64,000 nt of DNA from Diplonema japonicum (Eukaryota > Protista > Euglenozoa: Diplonemea), in assembly GCA_964019335.1 (NCBI GenBank), contig OZ025749.1, positions 124,001 to 188,000 of the forward strand, given 5' to 3'. The notes under the pieces were generated by a model. It saw only the letters and a program-made list of their open reading frames with translations, made no database searches and had not been told where the DNA came from. A program made the position numbers and the translations under genes. Shown piece after piece: positions 1 through 12,481 of the stretch. The stretch's first letter is position 1; each line of letters opens with the position of its first letter.

Positions 1-2
1 TG

Positions 3-1952
<1,950 letters not shown>

Positions 1953-2765
1953 CTTTTTTTTTTTTTTCCCTCCACCTTTTTTGTTTATTTGTGTGATAAG
2001 TTTATTCCCCCCCCCACATTTTTTTCAAAAAAATTCAAAAAAAAATCTTTGCGAGAAAAAAAAAAAAAAAAAAACCCTGCCTTTGTTTTTTTTTTTTTTT
2101 TCCCCTCAAAAAAAAAATTGATGTTGGTACTTTTAGAAGGGGTGAACTTTTTTTTTTTGATTATTCCCTTTTTTTTTTTCCCAGGCTGTGATGAGAAAGT
2201 GACTCCGACTAGCAACCTGAAAGAAAAAAAAAAAAAGGAGGGGAGGGGAAAAAGAATCGTTGTTGAGTACACAACGTTTCTTTTTTTTTTTTGTTATTTT
2301 CTCTTATTCAAGCATAGCATACACGTTGTGTAACCCGATCTGGGGGGGGGGGGTTTCTTTTTTATAAAATCTTTTTTATTTATTTATTTTATTTCAGTTT
2401 TGTTGAAATAACGTGACACATCGATACCTTCAGCACATATTTGCTGTTTTGTATTTTTTTTTTTTTCTTTTTTTTTAGATTGGAGCAATGTGTGTGCTAT
2501 GCCAAACACACTTTTAAAAAAAAAAGAAATTCTGAAAAAGTCTTTCCCCCTCCCCCCCAAAATATAGCCTCGCACTCTCTTCTTTTCTCTGCATTTTAAA
2601 TCCCCCCCTCCCCCTTTCCCCCCTCCTCAGCTAGCATTGCTGCATAGAAAATCTAGTTTGGGGTAGTTGGCCTTGTAGTGGTGATTTTTCCCTGTTCGTA
2701 TTTTCTTTTTTTTCTTTTTTCTTCTTTCTTCGTCCTCTAAGTATTGTTACGCCTTTTGCACTGTT

Positions 2766-2806
<41 letters not shown>

Positions 2807-3411
2807 TTTTTTCTTGTCGTTAAAAGGATCAACATACCATCGTACTTATATTGGACCAAAAATATTTTTTTTGTAAAACGATGCCGCCTCAGGACCGAGA
2901 GATGTTCTTTAAATATCCTCCCACGGCAGCTGACCCCCCTGAAACGGAAAAAAAAAAAAAAAAAAGAAAAAAAAATGCTTGAAATGGATAAAATTATGGA
3001 TTTTTGTTCAAGAACAAAAAAAAAAACTCGAAATTCTTACAAAAAAAATACGAAAATTTATTTGAGAGATACAAGTGCGGTGTGTCAAAAAAAAAAAGTC
3101 TTTTTTAAAATTGTATAAATATTTTTGATACGGGGGGGGGGGGGGGGGGGGTGGACAAGGGTATGAACTAATATCTTCCCATGCCCTCTCCGACGGTTTA
3201 AGCTTTTTGTTTTTTTTTTTTTCTATTTTTTTTTTTCCATTGTTTTTTATTCTCTTTGCTTCTTTCTTACTTACAGATACACACAGAAGAAAGAAAGGAG
3301 GAAAAAAAAAAAGGAAAAAAAAAAAAACTCACTCCCTTACCTGTTTCTTTCTTTCGTAATTCCGTGTTTCTTTCATCCCCCCATTCCGTCAAAACACGAA
3401 AAAAAAAAAGG

Positions 3412-3451
<40 letters not shown>

Positions 3452-4243
3452 AAAAGGCTTAGTTTCAAAAATATTTTTCAGGCGTCCTGTCACATACCGC
3501 AGGTACCCTTAAATGTCTCTTTTTTTTTTTTTTTTTTTTTTTCTGCGTTCCCTTAGTATTTTGTCGCTAAATTTGAAAAAGACTTTTTTGGTTTTTGGTT
3601 AAATGTCTCTTTTCTTCTTTTTTGTGTAGAAGGGGAGGGGTTTTGATTTTATTGTTTTTTTTCTTTTTTTTTTTCTTTTTTTCTTGATTCACCGTATTTC
3701 GCCCCGAGCCACCCCCCTATCTCCCCCGGTCAAAAAGAAAAAAAAAAAAGAACACCAAAAAAAAAAAAAAAAAAAAAAAAAAAAGCCTTTTTAACTTTTT
3801 TTTTTTGGGAGAGTATAAAAGAAAACACAAAAAAAAATAATAAAAAGAACGAGAATTTAATATAAAAAAAAAAAAAAAAAAGAAGAAAGCTTAATCTCTT
3901 AATCTTTTTTCACGGGAGAAGAAAAAAAAAAAGGTTTCCCACTGAATGAGAAAATTTGCCCTCAAAAAAGTGGCAATAAGAAAAGAAAAAAAAAGGGGGA
4001 GGAAAAAAAAGCCAACCCCCCGGATTCGGGGGGCAGATGCTAAAAAGTAAAAGTAGCCTCAAAAGAAAGAAGGGGGGGAAGGGATGAGGGGGAAAACACA
4101 AAAGTTTTCTGGGCAACTTTTCCCTCCAGGTGACAAAATTAAGAGGATTTTCTTTCTTTTTTTTTTTTTTTTTCTGTTTCCCCGTATCTCCACAAAAAAA
4201 AAAAAAAAAGAGGAGGGAGGGGGCGGGGGAAAAAAAAGAAAAA

Positions 4244-4867
4244 ATGTCATCACCACCAAGTGCAACCATACCGGTGAAGGAGATGGACGGGGATTACGGG
4301 CTGAAGTACTGCATTCCCTTAAGGGGACGCCCGAGCAGAGAATTTTTCAGTGTGAATGAAATGGCTGGCGTGAACACCTTTGATGAGGTGATGCGCGTGG
4401 CAATGTTAAAGGAACCACCCTTCCCGGTGGCTAAGGCTGAGAAGGAACTGTGGACATGGGTATACTGGAGAAACTATGGCTATCTTGTGGGAGGAGGCCT
4501 TGCAGGAGGAGGCCTCGGCTACATTAGTGCACCACGTGTTGGTGCAACTCATTTCATCAATGTAGAAAGGATGATGGTCCATTCAAGATCTTTTTTCTCC
4601 CTCGCTGGGGTCGCCCTCGCCGGGCTAACAATGGACTATTTCGATGTGGATGGCCACTATGACATGACCGCGAGTGCCTTAGAATCGCGGACGCCTCTCG
4701 GAGACTTCACAAGGGTGACGTTTGAAAAAGAACTGCAAAAGGACCTCGGAACCCTCAGCGTGATATCAGGAAGCATGCAAATAGGATCCCAGGCAATGGA
4801 CACAGTGCACCGGGCGTATGACGCAAACGTCCCGGGGTCCATTAGGAACCTGTTTTCCAACGTCTGA
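4244..4867 (+). CDS. Hypothetical membrane protein (207 aa) with two Gly-rich hydrophobic segments; possibly mitochondrial
   Basis: ATG at 4244 follows an A-run; the ORF upstream of it is only homopolymer translation. Segments YLVGGGLAGGGLGYI and FFSLAGVALAGLTM. Confidence 0.7.
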   Translation: MSSPPSATIPVKEMDGDYGLKYCIPLRGRPSREFFSVNEMAGVNTFDEVMRVAMLKEPPFPVAKAEKELWTWVYWRNYGYLVGGGLAGGGLGYISAPRVGATHFINVERMMVHSRSFFSLAGVALAGLTMDYFDVDGHYDMTASALESRTPLGDFTRVTFEKELQKDLGTLSVISGSMQIGSQAMDTVHRAYDANVPGSIRNLFSNV

Positions 4868-4953
4868 ATTCTTTTTTTTTTTTATTATTTTTTTTTCTCA
4901 AAAAAAAAAAAAAAAAAAAAAAAGAGGAGGGGCAAAAAAAAAAAAAAAAAAAA

Positions 4954-7900
4954 ATGTCGGGTGGTGACGGGGTCTGCACACACTTCACACGGTCGTGCTC
5001 CGTATTCACCACGTGCTGCAAAAAAAAGTACCCGTGCCACGTGTGTCACAACGAGGCGGGAAAATGCAAAAAAGTGGTTAAAGCGGCAGACGTTAAGGTG
5101 GTCTGCAACGAATGCGGCGTTGAAGGCAAAAACGGGCCGAAATGCATGCATTGCAAAACGAGCCTCGCCGTAATATTCTGCGAAAAATGCGTGATTTGGG
5201 ACGACACCGACCGGCACTGCAAGGCCTGCGGCTTCTGCGTGAAAAAAAACCTGACCCACTGTGACAAATGCAAGCGGTGCGACACGCCACACATTTGCCC
5301 GGATGACATCCCACCCAGCACAAAATGCACAAAGTGCGACACACCATTCTCCGTCTCCACCTCCGACAGCGTGATCAAGTCATCTTGCGGCAATCTGTTG
5401 TACCACAGAAGGTGTCTCTCTTTAATATCATCCCCGGTACCATCTGAAATGTCAAACGGCGTCTCTCCTGCCTTCACCCATCGTGTCGACGATTCTACAG
5501 CACACAGCACACTCATCATTCGTGAAGCGGACATCGCTGGGTTCAATTTGGATCTGTCACCTGATTCCGAGTCCAAAATTTCAGTTTCTATCTATTGCAC
5601 AGCCGACCATGTGGCGAGGAACACAAAGGACAAATCGGAAACCGGCAGCTGGAAAGTCGAAAAGGGACGGCTTCTTCTCTCTAACATACAGGGCAACAAG
5701 TACAAATTCGCGGGGACTGACTACATCCCACCCCATCCGAGCGATCTCACCATGAAGGAAATAGGCGGTCGTGCTATTTTAACAGTCCGTCCCGGGCTTG
5801 AAAAGGACACCCGGGTAAAGCGATGCCCGAAATACTGGCAATGGGACGAACAGGACGGCGGGGACGGCTGCCTCGGCCGCATACAAGACGGAGTCGACAA
5901 AGCAAGAGAAGGCGGTTGTTGGGCTTCCGTAAAATGGGACAAAAGCGGAGACACAAACTCTTACAGATGGGGTTCTGAGCACGCGTTGGACTTGTTCACA
6001 GACCACTGCCGCACGCCAAGCTCTTCTCCTCCGACCGCTCCAAAAATACGAGTTCATCAACCAACGAACTACATTGTGTTTGAAAACACAGCGTACTGCC
6101 TGTTAGGTGACATGCCTTTCGACACCACATCGGCACCTTCAAGTGCCACGCTCATCCCTTTGCGTTGGGAACCCGCCGGACTGACGTCAATCTTGGTGAC
6201 ATTTTTCGCGAAGATGAAGGTTTGGTCGCAGGTGGAAATCGCTGACAGAAACGGCGAGGTGTACAAAGGAAGCAAGAAAGTAACCTCGGGGGTCAAAATC
6301 TCCACAGAGATGCGGAAGTACAAAGTCGCACGCTCAAAGTGCAACCTCCTATTAAGATCTACCACCGCACTAGAATGGGTTAGACACACCAAGGGTGGCC
6401 GTGTCGTCAGGCTGTACGACATGGTACGCGTGTCAGCGGACGTAGCGAAACCAAAACACGGCTGGGGTTCTGTGAAGCACGGCCACACCGGTACCGTGTC
6501 GAAAATAACCTCGGAGGAGAAGTGCACTGTATATTTTTCGACGGACGGGTGGTCCGCTGCATCTGCGGAGATGGAAATACAAACCCTCCCAACGGAAACC
6601 GCTGCAGCAACACCATCGACAGAATCAAACGAACTTCTACACCAGCACGAGCTTTGCACAGCTTGCTGCGAGCGCTACAACAAGTCGTCGAAAGAATGCT
6701 CCGGAAACGATCATCTCTATCAACCTTCCTCACAGTTGAACCGAAAAGATATGAAGATCAAAGTCCCCACGCCTGTAAAGGCAACCATCGTGGGGAAAAC
6801 AATCCGGGAACCGGGGATCGCTTTAAAACAGTTCCGGGGCCGAGTGGTGGCGAAGATCAACGGCGAAACAATGGCAACGGATAAGGAAATTCAAAAAGCG
6901 TTTTCCGATGTTGAAAACACCGCGATTGACATTGAGTTCGAACCGTGCGAGGAAACGATGGAAAGTTGCCACGGGTGCGGGGTGGAGATCCGTACCGACG
7001 GCAAGGAAAGATGGGACTCATTCGGGTGCTCGTGCAGCGGGTTATTATTCTGCCCGTGGTGCGTTGTCAAATCGAACAAAAAAGTTCAAATTCAAGGTGA
7101 AGGATGCCTCCAGTCTTGCAGGGTCGGCGACCGCCCTCCATGTGTTATCCCCAACGACGTGTACTGGCACGAGTCCCACGGCCTTTGCTCCGCCGTTCGG
7201 TCAACACAGCACTTTGCCGAAATGCGTGTATTCGGCAAACCCATTGCCCCGAGGCTCGCCCCGTTGTCCCCGGCAGATGATCCCGATTTGGCGAGCAACA
7301 ACAACCCCTCTGTGATCTTCCCTTGTTTGGGCCATTACACGGCGATGAGCGTGGCTGGAGCTGCGGTTTCCAAGGGTGTTCTCCAGTTTGACATCACAGT
7401 GGAAACAAAAAGCAGAACATCTAAAATATTTGTCGGGTTCACCACCCCTGATCTTGTCCCGGAACACCGCGAGTCCGCGAGTCTCCCAGGCACACCATCG
7501 TGCACCATCAACTGCGCAACAGGTTATGTGTACATCAACGATAAGCAGACGAAACTGGGTCTACCCGCGCTTCTCCCTGGTGGGACAGTTCACTGTTACC
7601 TCGATCTCGACAAAGGTGTTGTGTACTTTCGGTCGAACGGTACTACCACCGAGGCCGTTGCGGTTAATGAGGTGTTCCGGAGCATCTGTCAGGCAAGGGG
7701 CATCGCAGCCTTCCCGTACGCTATAGGAAACGAATGCATCGTGAGCGACAGAATCCGCACCTCTGAAGACCCAACCTTCTGGGTCCTCAAGGAATGGTTG
7801 TGGTACTCCACAGGCCCTTACCACTCCGGAGCGATGGTTTCCATTGGCGGTGACAAGCTTGCCACGGTAGTAGTCCCACCTATAGAAGGCAGGGTAACCG

Positions 7901-10900
7901 TGAGGATGGATTCAGGCTGCCTTGAAGAAATTGTTCTAGATGGGAAATCTCTATGCCCCGTGTACGCCACGTCTGCAAGGTGCAAGGTCACCTCGTCAGG
8001 GAGGCTCGTGGCTCCCGACAACGTGACAGGGGAGTACTACTGCGGGTCGTCGTATCCCGAACCCGATATGTCACACCCTGGTATTACCCTTTCCGCGCAT
8101 TGTGTGCCGAGCCAATGGAAGGAACCTTGCAAGGCGTGCAGGGAGGAACAACCGAGCACCCTTGACGGAAAGCAAAATCCTGTTCACTTCTACAACGACG
8201 CTACCGGGAAGACATGTCGAGGGCTTCTCTTGGAGCAGGACACGGATGGATCCCACACAGTTCTGACATTTCCGGAGGGGGCTCTCGCAAGGTCGGTCCC
8301 CTCCAAGAGGATACGGGCTGCGAAATTTTTGTACGAAGTCGGGGAAAGAGTTACAAGCTTCGACATACTCACGGCAGGTGAAACAGAGGCTGCGGAGGCC
8401 ATCCTGTCTCGTACGCTGTCTGACACAGGCGAAGCTTATTACAAGATTGAAAAAGGCTGGGTTCGATCAGATGCTCTCCGCCCTGCATTCTCTCCTTCTT
8501 TGGTGTACAACTCCACAGCAGCACCTCCGCATTGGGCGTGGCAGTGCCCCGTCACGGAGGCCTTCACATGCTCTCTGAAGGGTCCTTGCGAGTCCTGCGA
8601 GAAATTGAGATTCGGCCGCGCAACTGTTATAACCGACAAGCCCGACAAGAAAAAAGAAAAGAAAGAGGAACCCGAAACGAAGAAAGATCCGGTGCTTGAT
8701 GAAAAAGACGTTCCACCACCAACAACTTGGACCTGCAAAGTGTGCACTTTTGTGAACCCTCTGGACAAGGCAAAATGCGAAATGTGCGAGTCCGCAAAAC
8801 CCGCAGAGAAAAAGAAGAGGGAAACCCTCACGAAAGGGAAAAAAAAGCTCGCCGCAGGGTGCGATGTTTTTGTAAAGGTCAACAAAAGGACGGCAAAGGT
8901 GTCGGAGAGGGTGACGGACGGGAAGTACAAAGGAAAATATAAAATAATCTACGACGACGGCAGCTCGTACCACTGCACGCCTGGAGAGCTCAAACTATTG
9001 AAAGAGAAGGACGAGCCAAGCAAGGAACCCGACAAAACAGCTAAAACCGACGCTCCGCCAAGCTCTCTCTACGGCGCCAGGGTTTACAAGGAAAAAAACA
9101 AACCCCCGGAGATAACCACCATAGATGACGTTGGGCGGGAATTCATCTCAGCATCCCCAATCCCGCTGCTTTCCAAAATCATAGCTCTACCCCACGGCCC
9201 GGGGGTAGTTGCAAGATATTTCCCTGATGATGATACCTATTTAGTGAGCATTGAGGGGGTGAAATTCGTGGTTGTCCCATTCAACGATATCATCCCCGAC
9301 CACAGGAAGGAGAAGTGGGGTGTCACATCGTCGGGGAGAATCTCTTGGAAACAACGTGATGGGAAGTTCTATTGCAAGTTGCCCGGGACAACACAGTGCA
9401 TCGACTGCGCGCACATGAGCAACGAAACACTACAGGGTCTTCACAGTGTAGGCGATGCTGTAATGGTCAAGAAGAACGAGGCCGCCAGGGCAGAGAGCGC
9501 ATTCATTGTTCGAATCACCCCGGAAACTATCCACGTAGTTGGGAGTGGGAAGGAGTCCCTCGAGGTGGCGCACCACTTAGTCCGCCCTTCTACCGCGCGC
9601 AAGGACATCCACGACCCCTTCACAACCGCTTTCGACAATGCAACCTTGTTGAAGAGAACTGTCGAAAGGAAACGCCTCATTCTCCCTGCTTCCGACGCGC
9701 AGCGTATGAAAACACCGAAAATCGCGGTGGACTTGTGGCCGGCGAAGGAGAGGGCTGGATTCTTGGTATGGAAAGAAGAAAAAAAAAAAAAAAAAAACCC
9801 ACAGTTCTGGACCAGCAAAAAACAACCGAAAAAACTGACAAGCGTCCAACTGGGAGGCAGAATGGTATTATTATTTTTTCTTTTTTTTCAAAAAAAAAAA
9901 AAAAAAAAAAAAAAGATCCACTTCGACCTCGCTGCACGCATCTTTTCGTTCACGACACCGTCCTCGTCTTGCTCCCTGGCACGGTGCTCTTCGCTGTGGG
10001 CCTTCGTGCACGGCAAGCACTTCAAGGTGACCGTCCATGACGTCTCCGACCTCAAGAACGCTGTGTCGCAAAAACGCACGGTGGACAAAGTCCGCTTCAC
10101 ATCGAGCGATTTCAACACTATTTGCGACGAGGAGATGGAAGGCATTGCAGCAACTACGGTTGCCTTAGAACTCACAGGGACAAGCACCGACGACGACAAC
10201 ATGGCTGTGCGGAACATAATCGGCGGGGTTGATGTACCATGGGAGGCACGGGAACCCGGAAAATGCTTGGAACAAATCAACGATGGTTCCATCGAAGCCA
10301 CTGACGAAGAAAAATCGGAGATGCTTAGTCTCATCGTCAAGGACATGGAAAAAAAAGTCGGCGGGTGCAAACCCGCGGATTTTTACAAATACATCCTGAC
10401 ACAGTTAAAATCCATCGACGAGGAAGAAGAAGCTAGATACCTCAACCTCGCGCGTTTCGAAATCATGCGAAAGAACAAAAAAACAGTCTCGCTTCTCCGT
10501 TCGACGGACGGATGTGTTGATGGATACACATCGGTAGCCTCATTATGGGTACCCGGAGCGCCCGGGTTAAAAACAGGCATGATAGCTCGTCGCAAGAAAA
10601 ACCCGAAAACCGGGTACATTATCGCAACGGAGGGCGCAGAAGTCAAAGTTGAGTTCTCAGGAGAAATTTGGAAAGGCTGTCCGACCGGGTTAGAAATCCG
10701 GATCCCTTCTGTATCCGAAGGCCCGGACGGCTACCGGATAGACACTGAGAATCGGAAGTTTAAAAATTTAGCGTCATTGACATTTGCACAGTTTACACAC
10801 GGGTCTAGAAAAATCTCGCCGGTCGACGTCAGGGTATTCGAAAATTCCCCGATGTTGAAAGAACTGGAGTTCAACGAGGTCGCGCTGAACGTTTCAGAAA

Positions 10901-11919
10901 TACAGAATTTGATGAGATGCCTGGCATCGTCACGGATCACAACGCTCCGCCTTCAAAACCGTAAGGATTTGTACCAGTTATCGACACTATGCGAGGCAGA
11001 GGTTGTCGTACCAAATATGAGACGCTTTGCTTTTCAACAAACGAAGATTACAGCGGCTGACGTGACCGGGGTTCAGAAAATTTTCCCGAATTTAGAACAG
11101 CTATGCTTGGCGTCGAACTGCACCGGTGAAAAATCCGAGGCGAGATTCACCCCAGGACTTTTAAAGTTCGCTTCTTTGAAACGTCTCAAAATCGCCCACG
11201 AAAACACAAACTGCAAATGTTTTGAAAACGACGGGGAACAGTGGGGGAAGGTCCTCTCGAACTTCTCCTCCTTCGACCGGTTTGAAGTCGCTGGTGCGAA
11301 TCCTTTCAATGCAACCCCTGAAGCGGGTTCATCATACACACAAGCAGCGTTTTTAGTATGCTCGGCAACGGGGATCGAAAAAATTCCGAAAAGTTTCAGC
11401 GGGTTCTTCGGAAACTTGACGAAGCTTCACGTGACTAATCTACCGCTTGACGGTTTGGATACATTCTCTGTAATGTTTGGAGGGAATAAACATTTGAGGG
11501 ATGTGAAGGTGACGATCAGGCTGCAGTCGGTTAGACATGTAACTGATGAAGCGATTATGCTGGTTGCGAAAACGCAAAAAAATCTCAAAGATTTTTCGCT
11601 GTCCGGGCATCAAGCCACGTTAGATGGAATGTCTGCGTGGTTCCCTTACACTTCAAGATCTGTTCGTATACTGGCTGTTTCAAACCCAGGTCTTCGGTCT
11701 CTCTCCTTGGCAGGCTCGCTTGTTTCTGATGATGGGGTTGCTTTTCTCGCCACGCACCTGCGAATGCTGAATCATTTGAACCTAACCGGGTGTTGCCTAT
11801 TGAACGGCCTTGCGCCTGTTTACAGCGTTCCCAAGAGGGCGGTTTCCCTCGAGATTACTGGGGATGGCTTGGCATTGCTGGAGGAACTTCATAACAATAT
11901 TACTTTTTTGTCGCCTTGA
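4954..11919 (+). CDS. Large multidomain protein, probably ubiquitin-pathway: CHY zinc finger, MIB/HERC2, KEG/mind-bomb-type SH3 repeat, SPRY-like, RanBP2-type zinc finger, C-terminal LRRs
   Basis: CTHFTRSC...CCKKKYPCHVCHNE (CHY); RVKRCPKYWQWDEQDGGDGCLG...VKWDKSGDTNSYRWG (MIB/HERC2); VRVSADVAKPKHGWGSVKHGHTGTV; GTVHCYLDLDKGVVYFRSNG (SPRY-like); WTCKVCTFVNPLDKAKCEMCES; LRSLSLAGSLVSDDGVAFLA. In-frame GT-AG introns 9766-9804 and 9865-9915 explain the poly-K/poly-F inserts in the ORF track. Confidence 0.85.
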   Translation: MSGGDGVCTHFTRSCSVFTTCCKKKYPCHVCHNEAGKCKKVVKAADVKVVCNECGVEGKNGPKCMHCKTSLAVIFCEKCVIWDDTDRHCKACGFCVKKNLTHCDKCKRCDTPHICPDDIPPSTKCTKCDTPFSVSTSDSVIKSSCGNLLYHRRCLSLISSPVPSEMSNGVSPAFTHRVDDSTAHSTLIIREADIAGFNLDLSPDSESKISVSIYCTADHVARNTKDKSETGSWKVEKGRLLLSNIQGNKYKFAGTDYIPPHPSDLTMKEIGGRAILTVRPGLEKDTRVKRCPKYWQWDEQDGGDGCLGRIQDGVDKAREGGCWASVKWDKSGDTNSYRWGSEHALDLFTDHCRTPSSSPPTAPKIRVHQPTNYIVFENTAYCLLGDMPFDTTSAPSSATLIPLRWEPAGLTSILVTFFAKMKVWSQVEIADRNGEVYKGSKKVTSGVKISTEMRKYKVARSKCNLLLRSTTALEWVRHTKGGRVVRLYDMVRVSADVAKPKHGWGSVKHGHTGTVSKITSEEKCTVYFSTDGWSAASAEMEIQTLPTETAAATPSTESNELLHQHELCTACCERYNKSSKECSGNDHLYQPSSQLNRKDMKIKVPTPVKATIVGKTIREPGIALKQFRGRVVAKINGETMATDKEIQKAFSDVENTAIDIEFEPCEETMESCHGCGVEIRTDGKERWDSFGCSCSGLLFCPWCVVKSNKKVQIQGEGCLQSCRVGDRPPCVIPNDVYWHESHGLCSAVRSTQHFAEMRVFGKPIAPRLAPLSPADDPDLASNNNPSVIFPCLGHYTAMSVAGAAVSKGVLQFDITVETKSRTSKIFVGFTTPDLVPEHRESASLPGTPSCTINCATGYVYINDKQTKLGLPALLPGGTVHCYLDLDKGVVYFRSNGTTTEAVAVNEVFRSICQARGIAAFPYAIGNECIVSDRIRTSEDPTFWVLKEWLWYSTGPYHSGAMVSIGGDKLATVVVPPIEGRVTVRMDSGCLEEIVLDGKSLCPVYATSARCKVTSSGRLVAPDNVTGEYYCGSSYPEPDMSHPGITLSAHCVPSQWKEPCKACREEQPSTLDGKQNPVHFYNDATGKTCRGLLLEQDTDGSHTVLTFPEGALARSVPSKRIRAAKFLYEVGERVTSFDILTAGETEAAEAILSRTLSDTGEAYYKIEKGWVRSDALRPAFSPSLVYNSTAAPPHWAWQCPVTEAFTCSLKGPCESCEKLRFGRATVITDKPDKKKEKKEEPETKKDPVLDEKDVPPPTTWTCKVCTFVNPLDKAKCEMCESAKPAEKKKRETLTKGKKKLAAGCDVFVKVNKRTAKVSERVTDGKYKGKYKIIYDDGSSYHCTPGELKLLKEKDEPSKEPDKTAKTDAPPSSLYGARVYKEKNKPPEITTIDDVGREFISASPIPLLSKIIALPHGPGVVARYFPDDDTYLVSIEGVKFVVVPFNDIIPDHRKEKWGVTSSGRISWKQRDGKFYCKLPGTTQCIDCAHMSNETLQGLHSVGDAVMVKKNEAARAESAFIVRITPETIHVVGSGKESLEVAHHLVRPSTARKDIHDPFTTAFDNATLLKRTVERKRLILPASDAQRMKTPKIAVDLWPAKERAGFLVWKEEKKKKKNPQFWTSKKQPKKLTSVQLGGRMVLLFFLFFQKKKKKKKKIHFDLAARIFSFTTPSSSCSLARCSSLWAFVHGKHFKVTVHDVSDLKNAVSQKRTVDKVRFTSSDFNTICDEEMEGIAATTVALELTGTSTDDDNMAVRNIIGGVDVPWEAREPGKCLEQINDGSIEATDEEKSEMLSLIVKDMEKKVGGCKPADFYKYILTQLKSIDEEEEARYLNLARFEIMRKNKKTVSLLRSTDGCVDGYTSVASLWVPGAPGLKTGMIARRKKNPKTGYIIATEGAEVKVEFSGEIWKGCPTGLEIRIPSVSEGPDGYRIDTENRKFKNLASLTFAQFTHGSRKISPVDVRVFENSPMLKELEFNEVALNVSEIQNLMRCLASSRITTLRLQNRKDLYQLSTLCEAEVVVPNMRRFAFQQTKITAADVTGVQKIFPNLEQLCLASNCTGEKSEARFTPGLLKFASLKRLKIAHENTNCKCFENDGEQWGKVLSNFSSFDRFEVAGANPFNATPEAGSSYTQAAFLVCSATGIEKIPKSFSGFFGNLTKLHVTNLPLDGLDTFSVMFGGNKHLRDVKVTIRLQSVRHVTDEAIMLVAKTQKNLKDFSLSGHQATLDGMSAWFPYTSRSVRILAVSNPGLRSLSLAGSLVSDDGVAFLATHLRMLNHLNLTGCCLLNGLAPVYSVPKRAVSLEITGDGLALLEELHNNITFLSP

Positions 11920-11929
11920 TTTTTTTTTT

Positions 11930-11961
<32 letters not shown>

Positions 11962-12382
11962 TTTTTTTTGAATAAAAAAAGGGGGGAGTGTTTTTTTTTG
12001 GGGGGGGGTTGCTACACACAAAGAGAAAAAGAAAAAAAACTGCTGGTAAAATTTAAAAAAAAAAGGGGGGCGAGGGGGGAAAAAAACGTTCTTTTATTTT
12101 TTATTTTTACTTTTTTTTTTTTTAGAAAATTTCAAAAAAGGAAAGAGAAAAAAAAAAAAAAACAAACAAAAAAAAGACCTATCCTGCCCGTAATTGTTTT
12201 TTTTTTTCTTCTTCTTTGCTCTTATCGATTTCTTTCTTTTCCACCGAACCTACCCGGTACCTTTTCCTTTTTTTTTTTGTTTACCCTGCTTCCTTCCCCC
12301 TCTCCAAACCTCCCCCCCCCTTTTTTTTGCGCCCATTTTTTCCTTCTAACCTATATTCTTAAAAAAAAAAAAGCGGCACTTC

Positions 12383-12422
<40 letters not shown>

Positions 12423-12481
12423 ATCTCGCATCACAAAATCAAAAAAGTTTTTTTTTTTTCAACAACAAAAAAAAAAAAAAA

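Noticed and set aside
2188-2220. Possible C/D box snoRNA (GTGATGA...CTGA)
   Set aside because: Only 33 nt from C box to D box, with no terminal stem or second box pair; compatible with chance.
1985-4269. Many poly-Lys/poly-Phe ORFs in spacers here and throughout the window
   Set aside because: Translations of A/T homopolymer runs that lack stop codons by composition.
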